Source: Octopus bimaculoides
Taxonomy: Eukaryota
DNA: 64,000 nt
Direction of reading: 5' to 3'
Assembly: GCF_001194135.2 (NCBI RefSeq)
Contig: NC_068985.1
Coordinates: 62,990,239-63,054,238 of the forward strand
Below are positions 21,970 through 34,462 of this stretch, in pieces; position 1 is the stretch's first letter, and every line of letters starts with the position of its first letter. The notes under the pieces are model-generated. The model had not been told where the DNA came from. It searched no databases and was given only the letters and a program-made list of their open reading frames with translations. A program made the translations under genes and the position numbers.

Positions 21970-23662
21970 ATGTTGACAGCATGTCAGCTGGCTCAAAAGC
22001 AAGCAGTAAAAAGTATGCTTTTTTCTGCTTTTTCCTCTGTGACCTCCCAGTCTACTTTTATCTCTCTTTTCCACCTCCCTTCTCAAAAAGAACACTACTC
22101 ATTTTTCCTAACAATAACTGAAATTAAGCAGAAAAAAATCTTCTTGTCTCTGCCTTCCCTCATTTGTTTACCTCTGCCTGTCTCCCTTTTGTTTTTTTCT
22201 CTACATGCTTCTTACTTGAAAAGGTAAGTAAATAGTATGGCATGCAGTGCATGTGTTGTATACCTACACCCTTCAAAATCAATATTTAAAATGAGATCAT
22301 TAGTTGTATTGCTGCTACTATTGAAGTTGAAATTAAGGCAATGATAAAAAAACAAAAAAAAAAAACATTATTTGTTGCTGTTATGTTTGATGAGGATATG
22401 GATCTTTGAATGAAATCTCAATTGTTACGTATTTTGTGATTTGTTGATGAATTTCCCAAAACGTACTGAAGAATTGAACTGATTTACAAATAAATTTTGA
22501 ATGGTTTAATATTTGTATTATTTTCTCAGATTTCTCTTGTAACTAATAACAGTCTTCATGACGATATATATATATATATAATATATATATATATAAATGA
22601 AACAAAAATGCAATAGAGGGCCTTAAAACATTTGGACAGATAGACGATACAAAGGCAGACAAGAGAAACAACAATTAGAAGGACAGGCAAAAAAGAGACA
22701 GGTCATTCTTGGCTTTCTTAATCAGTCAAGTCCCAGAAGTCATGACTATTTCGGGCAGTTACGCTTGAGATGGTTCGATCTGATTGCCCCCCAAAAAGCC
22801 TAAACTAAGAGCATTAAACCCCTTTGTAAGAAAGCTAGCGAATGTGTACAGCAACAAAGACAAAAAAAACCAAACAAACAAAAAATAAACCGGAGAACAT
22901 GGTACACAATTATGAATACAAACAACAAGAAATAACAACAGGCATCTTTCAACTGAGAACGAATCAAATTGAGCTGGTGTGTATGAAGTGAAAGCCTAAA
23001 GGCAGGAACATGGGAGATGGACACAAGAGGTGTTGGCAGTTAGCAGATCATGGCTGGCCAGACACTGGTCACGTGGAAGGAGGAGAGATGGGTAGGGATT
23101 GAAGGATTAGAAAAAAAAAAAATCAATGACAAAGAGAAAGGTACAGGGGAGATAAATGAGTGGGAAATAGTGGGAGTTAAAGAAAAAGAGGGCCAAGAAA
23201 TGTGAGAGAGGGGGAGCGAGAAAAAGGAAAAATGAGAGGGGGAATAAAAGATAGAGTAAGAGTCGTACAAAATTTAGATACATACATATAAGTTGAGCAC
23301 AAGGGTGTACATGCGTATGTATGTATATACATATATCATCATCATCATCATCGTCGTCGTCATCATCGTCATCATCATCATCATCATCACCATCATCACA
23401 GTCCTCATCTTCTGAGGAGCTGTGATAGCACATACTTCCGTATAGAAAGAATGACGCCTCCAAAACCGACAATCGAGGTGTCCGTTTCGCCTGCCTACCC
23501 CGCCTGAGGATTGTCTTAAGAGCGTGAAGCTCTAAGTGAAGGAACAGTACGAACTTCAACTATAACCCTATGTATTACAATGTGTGTGTGTATGTGTATG
23601 TGTGTGCACGCATGTGTGTGCGTGAATGCGTACGTGTGCGTGTGTGTGTATAGATAGATAGC

Positions 23663-23774
<112 letters not shown>

Positions 23775-24399
23775 CACATAGATATATATAGATACATATA
23801 TACATACATATATACATGTGTATGAATGTATATATATACAGACATACATGTACAGAATAGGATTGTCCTGAAAAATGATACAAAAACGTGTATGCCTTTC
23901 TAATTAATTAACATATGTTATTCAGAATATACATGCCGGTAGGGTAACATTCACGAGAAAGGCAGACGATACAACAGAAAAGCTAGCACACTTTATACGT
24001 AAGAAATTAAGATTAAATGCGACGTCAAAGTTTCGCCGAGAACACCTCCTCAGAAATACAGACATGTAAATATATATCCAAATATATATGCATGTGTATA
24101 TATATATATATATATATATNNNNNNNNNNNNNNNNNNNNNNNNNNNNNNNNNNNNNNNNNNNNNNNNNNNNNNNNNNNNNNNNNNNNNNNNNNNNNNNNN
24201 NNNNNNNNNNNNNNNNNNNNNNNNNNNNNNNNNNNNNNNNNNNNNNNNNNNNNNNNNNNNNNNNNNNNNNNNNNNNNNNNNNNNNNNNNNNNNNNNNNNN
24301 NATATATGGGAGAATGTACGAAAAAACAACAACAGACGAGGACAGGTGGTGTAAATAACAAAAGGATGTATTAGTATGACGCTCGGGAATACGGAAAGT

Positions 24400-24434
24400 C
24401 TTTGACGTTTCGAGCTACGCTCTTCAACAGAAAG
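24400..24434 (-). ncRNA. Minimal type-I hammerhead ribozyme-like motif with variant core CUGUUGA
   Basis: CUUU-CUGUUGA-A-GAGC(GUA)GCUC-GAAA-CG-UC-AAAG, inside a ~190-bp repeat (24304-24490). Confidence 0.55.
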
Positions 24435-24777
24435 GAGAAAAACACGGAGAAAAAAAATTGAATAGTGTTCAGTCAACGGTCAATCATATATATATATATA
24501 TATCGGAGTGGCTGTCTGGTAAGTTGCTTGCTTACCAAGCACATGGTACCGGGTTCATTCCCACTGCCGACCAATGACATGTGAGTGGATTTGGTAGAGG
24601 GAAACTGAGGGAAGTCCGTTGTATATAAGTATATATATATATATATGTATGTTTATATGTATTTATGTATGGACGTATGTATGTATATAAGTATACATAT
24701 ATGTTGTAACTACATGTAGATTGTTAGCAATTTTTTTCCTCCGTCTTCCTTTTCTCTGGGACATTCCTCTGTCTCCT

Positions 24778-24814
24778 GTTTCTGAAGAAGAGCTCTTCGC
24801 TCGAAATGTAAAAC
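24778..24814 (+). ncRNA. Minimal type-I hammerhead ribozyme motif with canonical core
   Basis: GUUU-CUGAAGA-A-GAGC(UCUUC)GCUC-GAAA-UG-UA-AAAC: stem I, core, stem II, GAAA and a UH cleavage site. Confidence 0.65.
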
Positions 24815-24934
24815 TAACTTTCTTTCCTTCCCCGAGCGTCTATTAATAATTTGCATGTACCACGTCCATGCATTGTTCTTTTGTGTTTTTTCTTCGTTTT
24901 GTTTTTGGTTGGGGATTTTATATATATATATATA

Positions 24935-25072
24935 TAGTTTGCTTCCCAACCGCATGGATCCGAGTTCAGTTGCACTGCATAGCACATTGAGCAAGCGGCT
25001 TCTACTATAATCACGGACCGACCAAAACCTTGTGGATGGGTTCCGGTAGACAGAAACTGAAAGAGGCTCGTC

Positions 25073-25130
<58 letters not shown>

Positions 25131-25365
25131 GCGAGTGTCTTGGTGTTTATATTAGACCCCTCGCTACGATTTCACAACCCATGTTTGGTGTATTTATGTC
25201 CCCATAACCAAACGGTTCGGCAAGAGGAGCCGGTAGAATAAGTAACAGTCTTTAAAAAAAAAATATTAATGCTGTTGTCAATTCGTTCGACCAAATTTCT
25301 TCAGGGCTGTACTCCAGCGTGGCCGCAATCCTATAACTAAAACAAGTAAAAGATAAAAGAGATAA
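24935..25365 (+). mobile_element. SINE family A, diverged, with internal (AT)n
   Basis: Head, internal microsatellite and tail blocks are collinear with 41009-41450. A truncated copy lies at 24503-24625. Confidence 0.75.
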
Positions 25366-25672
25366 ATAGTTTGATAAATATATAGATTGATTGATTGATT
25401 GATAGGTACATACGTACGTACGTGTTTACGTATTCATACATAAATATGTATGTATGTATCATCGTTATCCTCATATACATATACGTTCATCTATCTATCT
25501 ATCTTGTTTCTTTATTGCCCACAAGGGGCTAAACATAGAGGGGACAAACAGTGACAGACAAAAGATGAAAGATAAAGTCGACCTCGGCGAAATTTGAACT
25601 CAGAACGTAATACCACTAAGCATTTCGCCCGGGGTGCTAACGATTCTGCCTGCTCGCCGCCTTATCTATCTC

Positions 25673-25773
<101 letters not shown>

Positions 25774-25799
25774 CAGTGTGTATTTATGTGTGTATGTAT

Positions 25800-25859
<60 letters not shown>

Positions 25860-25910
25860 ATATACACACATATACATATACAAACACATAAATATATATC
25901 AGATACACAC

Positions 25911-25957
<47 letters not shown>

Positions 25958-26597
25958 ACTTACATATACATACATAAACATACATACACGTTCACATGGA
26001 GATTAACTGAGAGAATGAAGATTCTTCTGTCGCTGTGTATAATTGAGGAAACGAAGAAGAAAATACAGAAGAGAAAATGCTACATGTTCAGTGATACTGT
26101 TGTTTTCACATGGGAGCGAATATCTTATTTATCTACGCGTACATGTAGGTGTGTGTCTGCGTATATGTGTGTATGTGTGTGTGTGATTGTGTGTGTGTGA
26201 TTGTGTGTGTGTGATTGTGTTTCTGTGTATTTGTGTGTGTTGTGTAATTCTATAACGTAATCTAATTTTTTTTTGTTTTTGTTTTTTGTTTTTTGCTTTT
26301 CCAGTTTTTTTTTTTTTCGTTTTTTTTTCTTTTTTGTTCTTGCACATTTTTCACGCCTGGATTATTGAATGATTACAAGTTCGTCTGACGTTTTATTTTG
26401 TTCCGTTTCGTAACAAAAATTGAAGGAAGACAAAAATAGCTGAATTACAAAACCCTTGGTGACGAGCAAGAAGGCAAAATGTCATGGCGACATTTCAAGC
26501 AGAGGAAATTAACCAACCAATCCATTAATTTTCTTCTTTCTCTCTTTCTTTCTTTCTTCCCTTCTTTTTTCCTTTTCTTTTCATTTCATTTTGTGCT

Positions 26598-26664
26598 ATG
26601 ATGATGATGATGATGACGATGACGATGATGATAATGATGATGATGATGGTGATGATGATGATCG

Positions 26665-26712
<48 letters not shown>

Positions 26713-26728
26713 CAATGATGATGATGAA

Positions 26729-26784
<56 letters not shown>

Positions 26785-27000
26785 GGATGACGGTGATGAC
26801 GGTGATGATGATGATAACGATGATGATGATGATGATGATGCACAGAAGAAGGAGGAAGAGGAAGGAGGAAGAGGAAGAAGAGGAGGTTGGAAATGAGGAG
26901 GAAAAGGAGGAGGGAGAAGTGATGGAAGAAGACGAGGACGATTATGACGACGACGATAGCGATAACATAAATGATGATGATGATGATGATGATGGCGATA

Positions 27001-27046
<46 letters not shown>

Positions 27047-27235
27047 CAAGGACGATGACGACGACCGCAACGACCACAACAATGATGAAAATCACGAATG
27101 TGAAAACGACGACAGCGATGACGATGCCGAAAGTGACGGCCATAACCACCACCACTAACAACAACAACAACAACAACATTACCACGACAGCGATGACAAT
27201 GACGATTATGATGAAGATGATTAGAATAACGATAA
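26598..27235. repeat. Composite trinucleotide array (GAT/GAC)n with (GAG/GAA)n and (CAA)n blocks
   Basis: Direct reading. Confidence 0.95.
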
Positions 27236-27602
27236 TTATGAGTGTGTTTTACGAAGAGGATTTGCGTTATGATGGACGCCCGCCGAAGACGACGTATGAG
27301 CATTCAGCTTTTGCCGAACGACCTGCAACAATTATTCGTTTATAGTTATCAAATGTATGTATACTGTACATTAACTCACTCCACCCCATCAAATCATCTT
27401 TGTCCAAACAGATCCACTGTGTACCACGTGTCAGGAGTCAATGTGATCGCAGAACAACGTGAAATGGAGTGTTTTGCTCAAGGACACAATGCACTACCTA
27501 GTCTAAGAATTGAAACCACGATCTGACGATCGTGAGTGTAACACTCGAATCACTAGGTCATGTGTGGTATAGTAGTAATATATTTAATATTTTACCTTTT
27601 AG

Positions 27603-28140
27603 GGCGGCGAGCTGGCAGAAGGGTTAGCACGCCGGGCGAAATGCTCAGCAGTATTTCGTCTGTCTCTACGTTCTGAGTTCAAATTCCGCCGAGGTAGACT
27701 TTGCCTTTCTGGGTCGATAAATTAAGTACCAGTTGCATACTGGGGTCGATCTAATCGACTAGCCCCCTACCCAAACATTTCGGGCCTGGCGCCTAGAGTA
27801 GAAACGAATATTTTACTCTTAATCTTTCAGGGTTGATAAAACAAGTACAAGTTGCGTACTGGGGGATCAATATAATCGACTAACCCATCCCTCAGGATTG
27901 CTGGCCTTGTGCCAAAATTTGCAATCAGGGCGACGAGGTGGCAGAACTGTTATCGGGCCGGACAAAATGCTTAGCGATATTTTCCCCGAATTTACGTTCT
28001 GATTTCAAATGCCGCGGGGGTCGACTTTGCCTTTCAAGGTCTTGGGGATAATAGAATAAGTACAAGTTGAGCACCGGGGTTGATGTAATCGACTTGCTCC
28101 TCCCCCGATACTGCTGGCTTTGTGATAAAATATGAAACCA
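27603..28140 (+). mobile_element. Cluster of SINE family B copies (about 3, same orientation)
   Basis: ggcgagctggcagaa A-box region, gagttcaaattc B-box, gactttgccttt...ggtcgataaa-taagtaccagtt...ggggtcgat block repeated. Confidence 0.8.
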
Positions 28141-29183
28141 ATATTTTGCTCTTGATGCTCTACATATTTAAATAATGTATAAGTAAAATGCGTGCCCACT
28201 TTTACATCCTTGGTTTAAATTTTGCCAAGGTGGCACTTCGCTGTTTTGTTTTTTGGGGGTGTTTTTTTCCTTTCATTTTCGGCACAATAAGAACTAGGGT
28301 TGATACCAAGAGCCCTAGAAAAATATAGTGGGTTATATTATTGACCCAATCATATCGACTTGCTAAATTATTGCAGAACCAGATTGTAACAATAAATACG
28401 ATGCAAAAATAGCCTTTCGTGATTTCGTCACCTCTTGCTCGCCAGAATTTTTGGCTGCCGGCATAAATTAGCTTCCGATTAAATGGCGAAATTGTGTTGA
28501 TAACTTAGGTGCATACGTTGATTAACTGCATTGCTTTTTGTTGAGATAAATTAAAATAAACTTTCAGCTCAAAATCGGACATTTTATTCTTAATTTACCT
28601 TCCTCGGATTTCGCACTAAGTATTATTTCCAGTCCTTATCTGAAAGCTATTTTCCTGGAATTCCTTTCCTGCTCATTTTCCTCACAACCGTTGACTGATT
28701 ACTTTCCAACAGACCATGAGACAAGCAGTAATCAACACTAATAACTAGTGGTGAATATAATAAAAACGGACATGAACAAAATGGTTTAAATAGTACCGGG
28801 GTTTATAATACTACACGCACTTACTAAAATGGCCCTGCTAGACCCTATTCAAGCCCCTATTCAACGTAGGCCACTTTCCACTCAGTAACGTAAGTCACAC
28901 TACTTAACTACATAACACACAATACTTGCTCAAGACTATTCATCTCTCATATCACAACAATCGACGCTGACACTATGTAATGTCACACACGTATCACAAC
29001 TCACAGTCTTTACACTTGCTGTCCCATAACATAGCACGACCCGCACACGCTACACATATACTCTACATACTTTACACCTTTCGAGTGTTGGGCCGCACGG
29101 AGGTAAAGTGGCCAATGCTGGTGGCACACGAAAAGCTCCTTTTGAGTGTTGAGCCTCACAGAGATATTATGTTGTGCTTGAGA

Positions 29184-29327
29184 AGAAGGCCCATCAAGCC
29201 AAGAAGACCCATCAAGCCAAGGAGACCCATCAAGCCAAGAAGACCCATCAAGCCAAGAAGACCCATCAAGCCAAGAATACCCATCAAGCCAAGAATACCC
29301 ATCAAGCCAAGAAGACCCATCAAGCCA
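29184..29327 (+). repeat. Minisatellite, 8 x 18 bp (AGAAGACCCATCAAGCCA), embedded in RTE-derived sequence
   Basis: Flanks tgttgtgcttgaga...agtga match the RTE ORF end at 4671-4704 (tgctgtgcttgagaagacctgacaagccaagtga). Confidence 0.85.
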
Positions 29328-30096
29328 AGTGAATTTGGCGAGGATGGCCCGTATGAATGGGCTCATCCTGATCATACGCTTGTAAGCCAGAGGAGTCGAG
29401 AATGAGAGAGGCACCTGCTGAGGTGCCCCTGCCGGTCGAGGTAACCATGATGTATGGGGTTCCTTGGTCGTCCTTCAGAAGAACTCCCCACTTATGCAGA
29501 ATGTTATTGTCGAATTTTTGTTGTTAATTATTCTTGTTTCTTTTCTTTTTTTATATACATGAATTTTTGTGCTAAGCCCCACTTGTCCTTTGTGTTGTGT
29601 TGCATTGTCCCCTTTTGTTTTGTGCTTGACCCTTGTGGCCAATAAAGGAAAGATTATTCCACAGATATCCTTTACAACAACCAACATAACCACCCGAGCA
29701 ATTGATAGGAAGTCACACACCGACTCACTCCTATCAATGATCCACCGATGTAGACGCCACATAAAGTTCATTCCATGTGCGTAAGTGAACATGCATGTGT
29801 ACTTGAACATGTATGTGAGAGTATACCTGTATGTGTGTGCGCGTGTGTTTATATGTGTTGCTTTATGAGGATGCAATAATAAGTGGTGTTGCGCATGTTC
29901 GCGAATATGTAGTAGATAACCTAATAAAGAGCCTTAATAGAAGATATCTTGTTAAAGGGACATAATAAAGACATCGTTAAAATCATTCAAATGTTTTTGC
30001 TGTTATCATCTTCCGGCAGTTTCCGCAACAGGTTTTCGTCAAGTAAACAAAAAGAATATCAAATATTAAAAATACATCAAAAGGCCCCCGCTAAAA

Positions 30097-30147
<51 letters not shown>

Positions 30148-30582
30148 NNNNNNNNNNNNNNNNNNNNNNNNNNNNNNNNNNNNNNNNNNNNNNNNNNNNN
30201 NNNNNNNNNNNNNNNNNNNNNNNNNNNNNNNNNNNNNNNNNNNNNNNNNNNNNNNNNNNNNNNNNNNNNNNNNNNNNNNNNNNNNNNNNNNNNNNNNNNN
30301 NNNNNNNNNNNNNNNNNNNNNNNNNNNNNNNNNNNNNNNNNNNNNNNNNNNNNNNNNNNNNNNNNNNNNNNNNNNNNNNNNNNNNNNNNNNNNNNNNNNN
30401 NNNNNNNNNNNNNNNNNNNNNNNNNNNNNNNNNNNNNNNNNNNNNNNNNNNNNNNNNNNNNNNNNNNNNNNNNNNNNNNNNNNNNTGTATATACATACAT
30501 ACACACACATATGCATATGCAAGCAAACACGTGCACGTAGAGGTACAAATACGTGAATACATATATATATATATATATATAG

Positions 30583-30614
<32 letters not shown>

Positions 30615-30750
30615 ACAAGCACGCACATCATAGTTTCATTTCTTTAATTTATATGCTGATTTGAAAGTTCCAATCTTATTGTTGCTTTTTCATTTTATTG
30701 TTATTGTTGTTGCCTTTATTATCATCATCATTATTATTATTATTATTATC

Positions 30751-30795
<45 letters not shown>

Positions 30796-31254
30796 CATTA
30801 TTATTATTATCATGTTTTTTTTGTTTTTTTTGGTTTTAAGTTTACCTTCTTTTTTTCCCCCTTCTTCTCCGCAAGTATATTGGATTGATGAAGGTTTCTA
30901 CTGATAACTTTAAGCTGTCGGTGACAATTCGCCTTTATTAATTACCGCTTGACGGATTCTTATTTCACTTCCTTAATTACAGTTGACAGCTTGCAAGGGT
31001 GAAACTAGGAATAATCATGACGTTTTAATGAGATTCCTGGTTCTATTGGAAAGTCTTCGAGGCAGGGTGCCAAACCACAGACATTAAAATGTGAAATATG
31101 TAACCATGCAAAATGGACAGTTGGTTTCTTGGTTAGTGAAGGGAGAAAATAGTATTCTGAAAAAATAATAAAGTAATGGAAAGAATATATAGTGAAAAAT
31201 ATGAAAAATAGTGCACAAAATCTCGTAAATATTTAGTTTATACAAAATGACGGT

Positions 31255-33030
31255 TAGTGTGCAAGCAACAGGAGCTGGCGAGCTGGGGGAAACGTTAGCG
31301 TGGCGGATAAATAATGCTTAGTGGTAGTTTTTCCAGCTCTTTATGTACTGTGTTCAATTTCCACCGAGGTTGAGTTTGTCTTTCGCTCTTTCAGGGGTCG
31401 ATATCATAAAGTACCAGTCAAGTACTAGAATCGATGTAATTAATTTCCCCCATACCCATAAAATGAAATGTATGACAAAAAAAAAAAAGATAAATTTACC
31501 TTGCTGCATTTCTTCCGGCTCTTCACGTTCTGAGTTCAAATTCTGTAGTGGTCGCCTTTGCCTTTTTTTCTTTCGGGGTCGATAAAATAAGAAACAGTTG
31601 AGAACTGAGTTCGAGGCAATCGGCTAAACGCTTCTCCTAACATTGCTGGCCTTGTTCCAAAATTTGAAATCATCTTTTCGTTCTGAGTTCAAATTTCACC
31701 GAGGTCGACTTTGCTTTCCATCCTTTCGTAGTCGATAAAATAAGTATCAGTTGAACATTAGGGGTCGATGTATTTCGACTTCGCCCCTANNNNNNNNNNN
31801 NNNNNNNNNNNNNNNNNNNNNNNNNNNNNNNNNNNNNNNNNNNNNNNNNNNNNNNNNNNNNNNNNNNNNNNNNNNNNNNNNNNNNNNNNNNNNNNNNNNN
31901 NNNNNNNNNNNNNNNNNNNNNNNNNNNNNNNNNNNNNNNNNNNNNNNNNNNNNNNNNNNNNNNNNNNNNNNNNNNNNNNNNNNNNNNNNNNNNNNNNNNN
32001 NNNNNNNNNNNNNNNNNNNNNNNNNNNNNNNNNNNNNNNNNNNNNNNNNNNNNNNNNNNNNNNNNNNNNNNNNNNNNNNNNNNNNNNNNNNNNNNNNNNN
32101 NNNNNNNNNNNNNNNNNNNNNNNNNNNNNNNNNNNNNNNNNNNNNNNNNNNNNTTCCCCCATACCCATAAAATGAAATGTATGACAAAAAAAAAAAAGAT
32201 AAATTTACCTTGCTGCATTTCTTCCGGCTCTTCACGTTCTGAGTTCAAATTTCACCGAGGTCGACTTTGCTTTCCATCCTTTCGTAGTCGATAAAATAAG
32301 TATCAGTTGAACATTAGGGGTCGATGTATTTCGACTTCGCCCCTACCCCGAACTTACTGGCTTTGTATCAAAATTTAAAACCAATATATAAATAAGACGC
32401 TGAGGATTGCAAAATTGTTAACGCACCGTACGAAATGCCTTTTAGTTACTAAATTCTATGTTCTGATTTCAAATGCTGCCGAGGCCACATTTACCTTTCA
32501 TCATTCTGGGTCCAAGAGAATCAAGTATCAATCATCATGTAAATGAGTTGATTGCCTTCAGGCAACCTATTTTAGGGGTCATTATATAAATCAAAGGAAG
32601 GCAGGGAACCCCAGAATCGTTAGCCCATCAGGCAGTATGGTTTGCTGCTTTTCGTCAGGTCTTTATGTTCTAAGCTCAAATTCTGCCGTAGTCGACTTTA
32701 CCTTTCATCTTTTCGGGGTTGCAAAAATAAGTATCAGTTGAACACTAGGGTCAATGTAATCGGCTAGCCCCCACTCCCACAAAATTTCAAGCCTTGTGCC
32801 GATAATAGAAAGGACTATGTGCATTAAAGCGGCAAGCTGGTCGAATCATTAGCGCGTTCGGATAAAACGCTTCGTAGGGTTTTCAAATTCCGGCCAAATT
32901 AACTTTGCCTTTCATTCTTTAGATACCGATACAATAAGTTCTACTCAAAGTGCTACTGGTATTGAAATAATCAACTTGCTCCCCTCCTCTCAAAATTGCT
33001 AGCCTTGAGTCAAAATTAGAAAGAATTGTA
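31255..33030 (+). mobile_element. Head-to-tail pile-up of SINE family B copies (about 6-7), spanning an assembly gap
   Basis: B-box gttctgagttcaaatt and the ggggtcgat block recur about every 150-220 bp in the same orientation. Confidence 0.8.
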
Positions 33031-33042
33031 TATATCATTATC

Positions 33043-33211
33043 AGGCGTAGGAGGGGCTGTGTGGCAAGTAGCTTGCTTACCATCCACATGGTTCCAGGTT
33101 CAGTCCCACTGCGTGGCACCTTGGGCAAGTGTCTTCTACTATAGCCTCGGGTCGACCAAAGCCTTGTGAGGTGAGTGGATTTGGTAGACGGAAACTGAAA
33201 AGAAGCCCGTC

Positions 33212-33267
<56 letters not shown>

Positions 33268-33470
33268 ATGTATGTATCTGTGTGTATGTGTTTGTGTGTC
33301 TGTGTGTGTACCCCCAGCATCGCTTGACAACCGATGGTGGTGTGTTTACCGATAGAATAAGTGCTAGGCTTACAAAGAATAAGTCCTGGGGTCGATTTGC
33401 TCGACAAAAGGTGGTGCTCCAGCACAGCCACAGTCAAATGACTGAAACAAGTAAAAGAGTAATAAAAGAG
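33043..33470 (+). mobile_element. SINE family A, near full length, internal (AT)n(GT)n
   Basis: tRNA-like head ggctgtgtgg.aagtagcttgc...ggttcagtcccactgcgtggcacc; tail tgactgaaacaagtaaaaga. Confidence 0.85.
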
Positions 33471-34211
33471 AAAGATGAAACCGGTTCTATTTGGTTTAAT
33501 CAATCTCTAAGTTCAGAAACCTTTACACAACCTCTGATGTTTTCTTTGAAAAGATATGTCTTCTATACGAAATTTCAGTTATTTGCTGTAGAATTTTCAT
33601 TTTTACTTTATATTTGGATACTTTGGACATAAACGTTCCTATTCATGAAAAAAAAAAAGCGGACGGAGCATATTTCAATTCAGAGGAGTGTCGTGGGGAT
33701 AGTGGATGTTGTGACATGCAAAACAGTAATGCAAAATTTACCTCTTTAAAGTGCTTTGTTTCCTTTATCAATTTAAAAACTCGTTTTCAACAGCTGTTGT
33801 GCGTCGCTTATAGAATATCGATCATTTAAGACTACCATTTAAACCATGTTACAACACTTCGCGTTTTCTCCGTGTAGCTGAAGGTGTCATAACTACGCTC
33901 CGTATTTCTTTTCTTGCATGATAAGGGATTTTTTGATGCTAAAATATCGAAATATGATGTAGAAGTGTGAACTGTCGTTTTATATTTTGTTTTCAATGCT
34001 TTATTTTTAACTTGAATTGTTGTGGCTTTCTTAATTCCCTGCAACACTGTTTTACACAAACTGCATTGTAGCGTTGTAAAGAGGAGAGTTAAAGATGACC
34101 TCTTCAGCATCTAAACCCAGAGCATACAGCTAAGTTACAAAAACTGCAACACCGTTTGTCCGATGCTCTAACAACTCTACCACTCATAGTTTATATAACC
34201 ATTATCAATGA

Positions 34212-34430
34212 ATGCGCGTTGCTTAGTGGGTAGGGTATCCAGCCCATGATTGTAAGGTTGTGATTTCGATTCCAAGCTGCGCGTTCTGTCCTTGAGCAAG
34301 ACATATTTTTCATGTTCCTGCAGTCCACTCAGCTGGCAAAAATGAGTTGTACCTGTATACAAAAGGCCAGCCTTGTCACATTTGTGTGACGCTGAATCTC
34401 CCTGAGAACTATGTTAAGGGTCCCAGTAAA
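34212..34430 (+). mobile_element. SINE family C, 3'-truncated
   Basis: Matches 41628-41950: gcttagtgg, ccttgagcaagaca, gtccactcagctgg.aaaaatgagttgtacctgta. Confidence 0.75.
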
Positions 34431-34462
34431 CCCTTATTTTGTTCAATATTTTTCATGTTTTT

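Noticed and set aside
22051-22223. Candidate exon ending at a strong AAG|GTAAGT donor (22224)
   Set aside because: The only open frame is phase 0-2, pyrimidine-rich and low-complexity, and incompatible with the phase-1 giant exon.
23920-24068. GIY-YIG C-terminus-like peptide (EKLAHFIRKKLRLN) and a minus-strand CTGAGGA...GAAA motif
   Set aside because: Peptide similarity is too weak; stems I and II of the putative hammerhead do not pair.
26586-27345. Poly-His, poly-Asp, poly-Met and poly-Ser ORFs
   Set aside because: Translations of a trinucleotide array with no splice or complexity support.
28980-29405. 141-aa ORF containing (RRPIKP)8
   Set aside because: Explained by an RTE-derived minisatellite; no evidence of a gene.
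29665-29780. Candidate exon with GTAAGT donor at 29781
   Set aside because: Poor polypyrimidine tract, phase 0-2 only, no recognisable peptide.
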